In this document: positions 62,414 to 64,000 of the stretch, one piece after another
Position numbering within the stretch: position 1 is the first letter of the stretch
Layout: every line of letters begins with the position of its first letter
Assembly: GCF_000150275.1 (NCBI RefSeq)
Contig: NW_002060964.1
Location: forward strand, 920,975-984,974
Direction: 5' to 3'
DNA from: Trichoplax adhaerens
Taxonomy: Eukaryota > Animalia > Placozoa
Length of the DNA stretch: 64,000 nucleotides
Notes under the pieces: generated by a model
Database searches by the model: none
Seen by the model: only the letters and a program-made list of their open reading frames with translations
Told to the model about the DNA's origin: nothing
Program-made: the position numbers and the translations under genes

Positions 62414-64000
62414 TTGACAGTAGCATAACTATTTTATCAGCACCATGGAATAAAAAGACATAGATCGAAACAATTTAAGGATAATTTTTTGTGCAGTATC
62501 TTTTCAAGTAGTAAGTAGCTCAATAGATACAATGACGCGTTGTTTATGCAATTTAAAGCCTCTAAAGGAGATTGATAAGTTTCTCTATCGAGACAGCTTG
62601 ATCTCAGTGTAGATATAGTATCCATACCCTAATTAAGGAACTCTACTAACTGCTAATATTGCTGAATATGTGCTTAATTATCCCCAGACATCCTACTAAT
62701 AGATATGCAGTGCATTACTAATTGTTGAATAATTAAGAAATCAATGCAGCCAATGAATCTGGAATTTTGAATGGTCGATGATTTATAGACTCGATATATC
62801 ATCACTGTGATTCTTGTCTATTTGATAATATATATATAATCTGTTAACAAAATGTGAAGTATATAAATTGGATTGTTTTGCATGTAATGATCGGTCTCTT
62901 AGATATTTGCTAATTCGTGCGTGAGTTTCTGATGTCCTTAAAATTAACATCTGCTCAGTTTATTAAAATTAGATCTTTACATCTGAGCTTTCCTAATGTT
63001 AATATTTATTTTTCATGTCTTGGTTATTGAAACGTAAAATCAAGTATTGTGCATGGCAAATTGTTCTTAAATTATACTATATCTTTATTATTTTGTCATT
63101 TCTATTTCGTTGATGGAGCTGGAAGCGATCACCTACACATATTCATTCAATTTGATTATTTACTAAACAATACTGTATGATCTGTATTTTGTATCAAATG
63201 GCTTAAATTACAAATATTGGTTCTTGTCGTTTAAGTGAATAATCAGTACACGTTTTACTTCTTTAAGTACGTATTTGTATAAGATTGCAATAAATGTATT
63301 CACATAATTTTTTCAGCAATAAAATTGATCGTATTTCCTTGCGCGAAACTTTTAGAAGAGCGTGAGTATTTTATGTACTTAATGCTGTTAATCATGGCGA
63401 GGATGCAGCAACTTACAACTACGTGCTAAATATAGTACAGTGATCGTACAAGTCTTAAAAAATATAGTAGTTATGCTCGATACTATAGTTGCATAAAAAC
63501 TACCATTTCGTGTATAAATATTGATACCATAACGTATTATATCAGCCATGCATAACTAATATCTTTAAAAGCATAACTGTAAGCTTTGCCATCAGATAAT
63601 ACGGGCTACGCCACTAATTGAAACTATAACAATTATTGATATCTATGAGCCATGATCGTAATTTAAACCTTTTCATCACGGCAATCTGTTGCTTCAAACA
63701 CCGTCACATTTGCGTTTTTGAGGAAAGGTATACCTGGCTAAAATCCTACATCGTCGTAACATGATCGTAACTTTGGCGTTATACCATGTTTAGGTTACGT
63801 ATCTGATGCAGAAATAGATCACTACCTATTTTGATGATATTATGGCGGGTGCTTATGATTTTGTGTATGTTTACTCGTATGTAGTCATTAGCGCTATGTA
63901 GCAAAGAGTAGACTCTCTCTACGTTAGATAGAGTAATGGTTTATCAGTCACGGATGATGTGACTGTTATTCCATAGTTTGTGTAAGCAATATGACATGGC

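Overview
AT-rich eukaryotic (metazoan) genomic DNA with many short GT-AG introns. The compact intron-rich genes and the iGluR type suggest a placozoan (Trichoplax-like), but this is an inference. Genes reconstructed by hand: (1) two tandem minus-strand ionotropic glutamate-receptor-family paralogues (one complete at 6408-15614, one 5'-partial at 1-3120); the complete one has a non-glutamate-type pocket and Ser at the Q/R site, i.e. Epsilon-like. (2) A ~14.5 kb region without long ORFs that may hide a small spliced secreted-peptide precursor gene (18283-18788, minus). (3) A tandem ADAM pair: a catalytically dead, apparently secreted ADAM with an acidic/His-rich pro-domain and an 11x26-aa mucin-like tail (30129-33360), then an intact membrane ADAM (36638-41478). 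(4) WDHD1/AND-1 (minus) head-to-head with RAD51AP1 (plus), separated by a modular palindromic TACAG/CTGTA repeat array flanked by two canonical E2F sites. (5) MRPL28. (6) A single-coding-exon two-Tudor protein with degenerate aromatic cages and a low-complexity tail. No tRNA, rRNA, CRISPR array or intact transposase was recognised. All family assignments come from motif recognition, not database searches.
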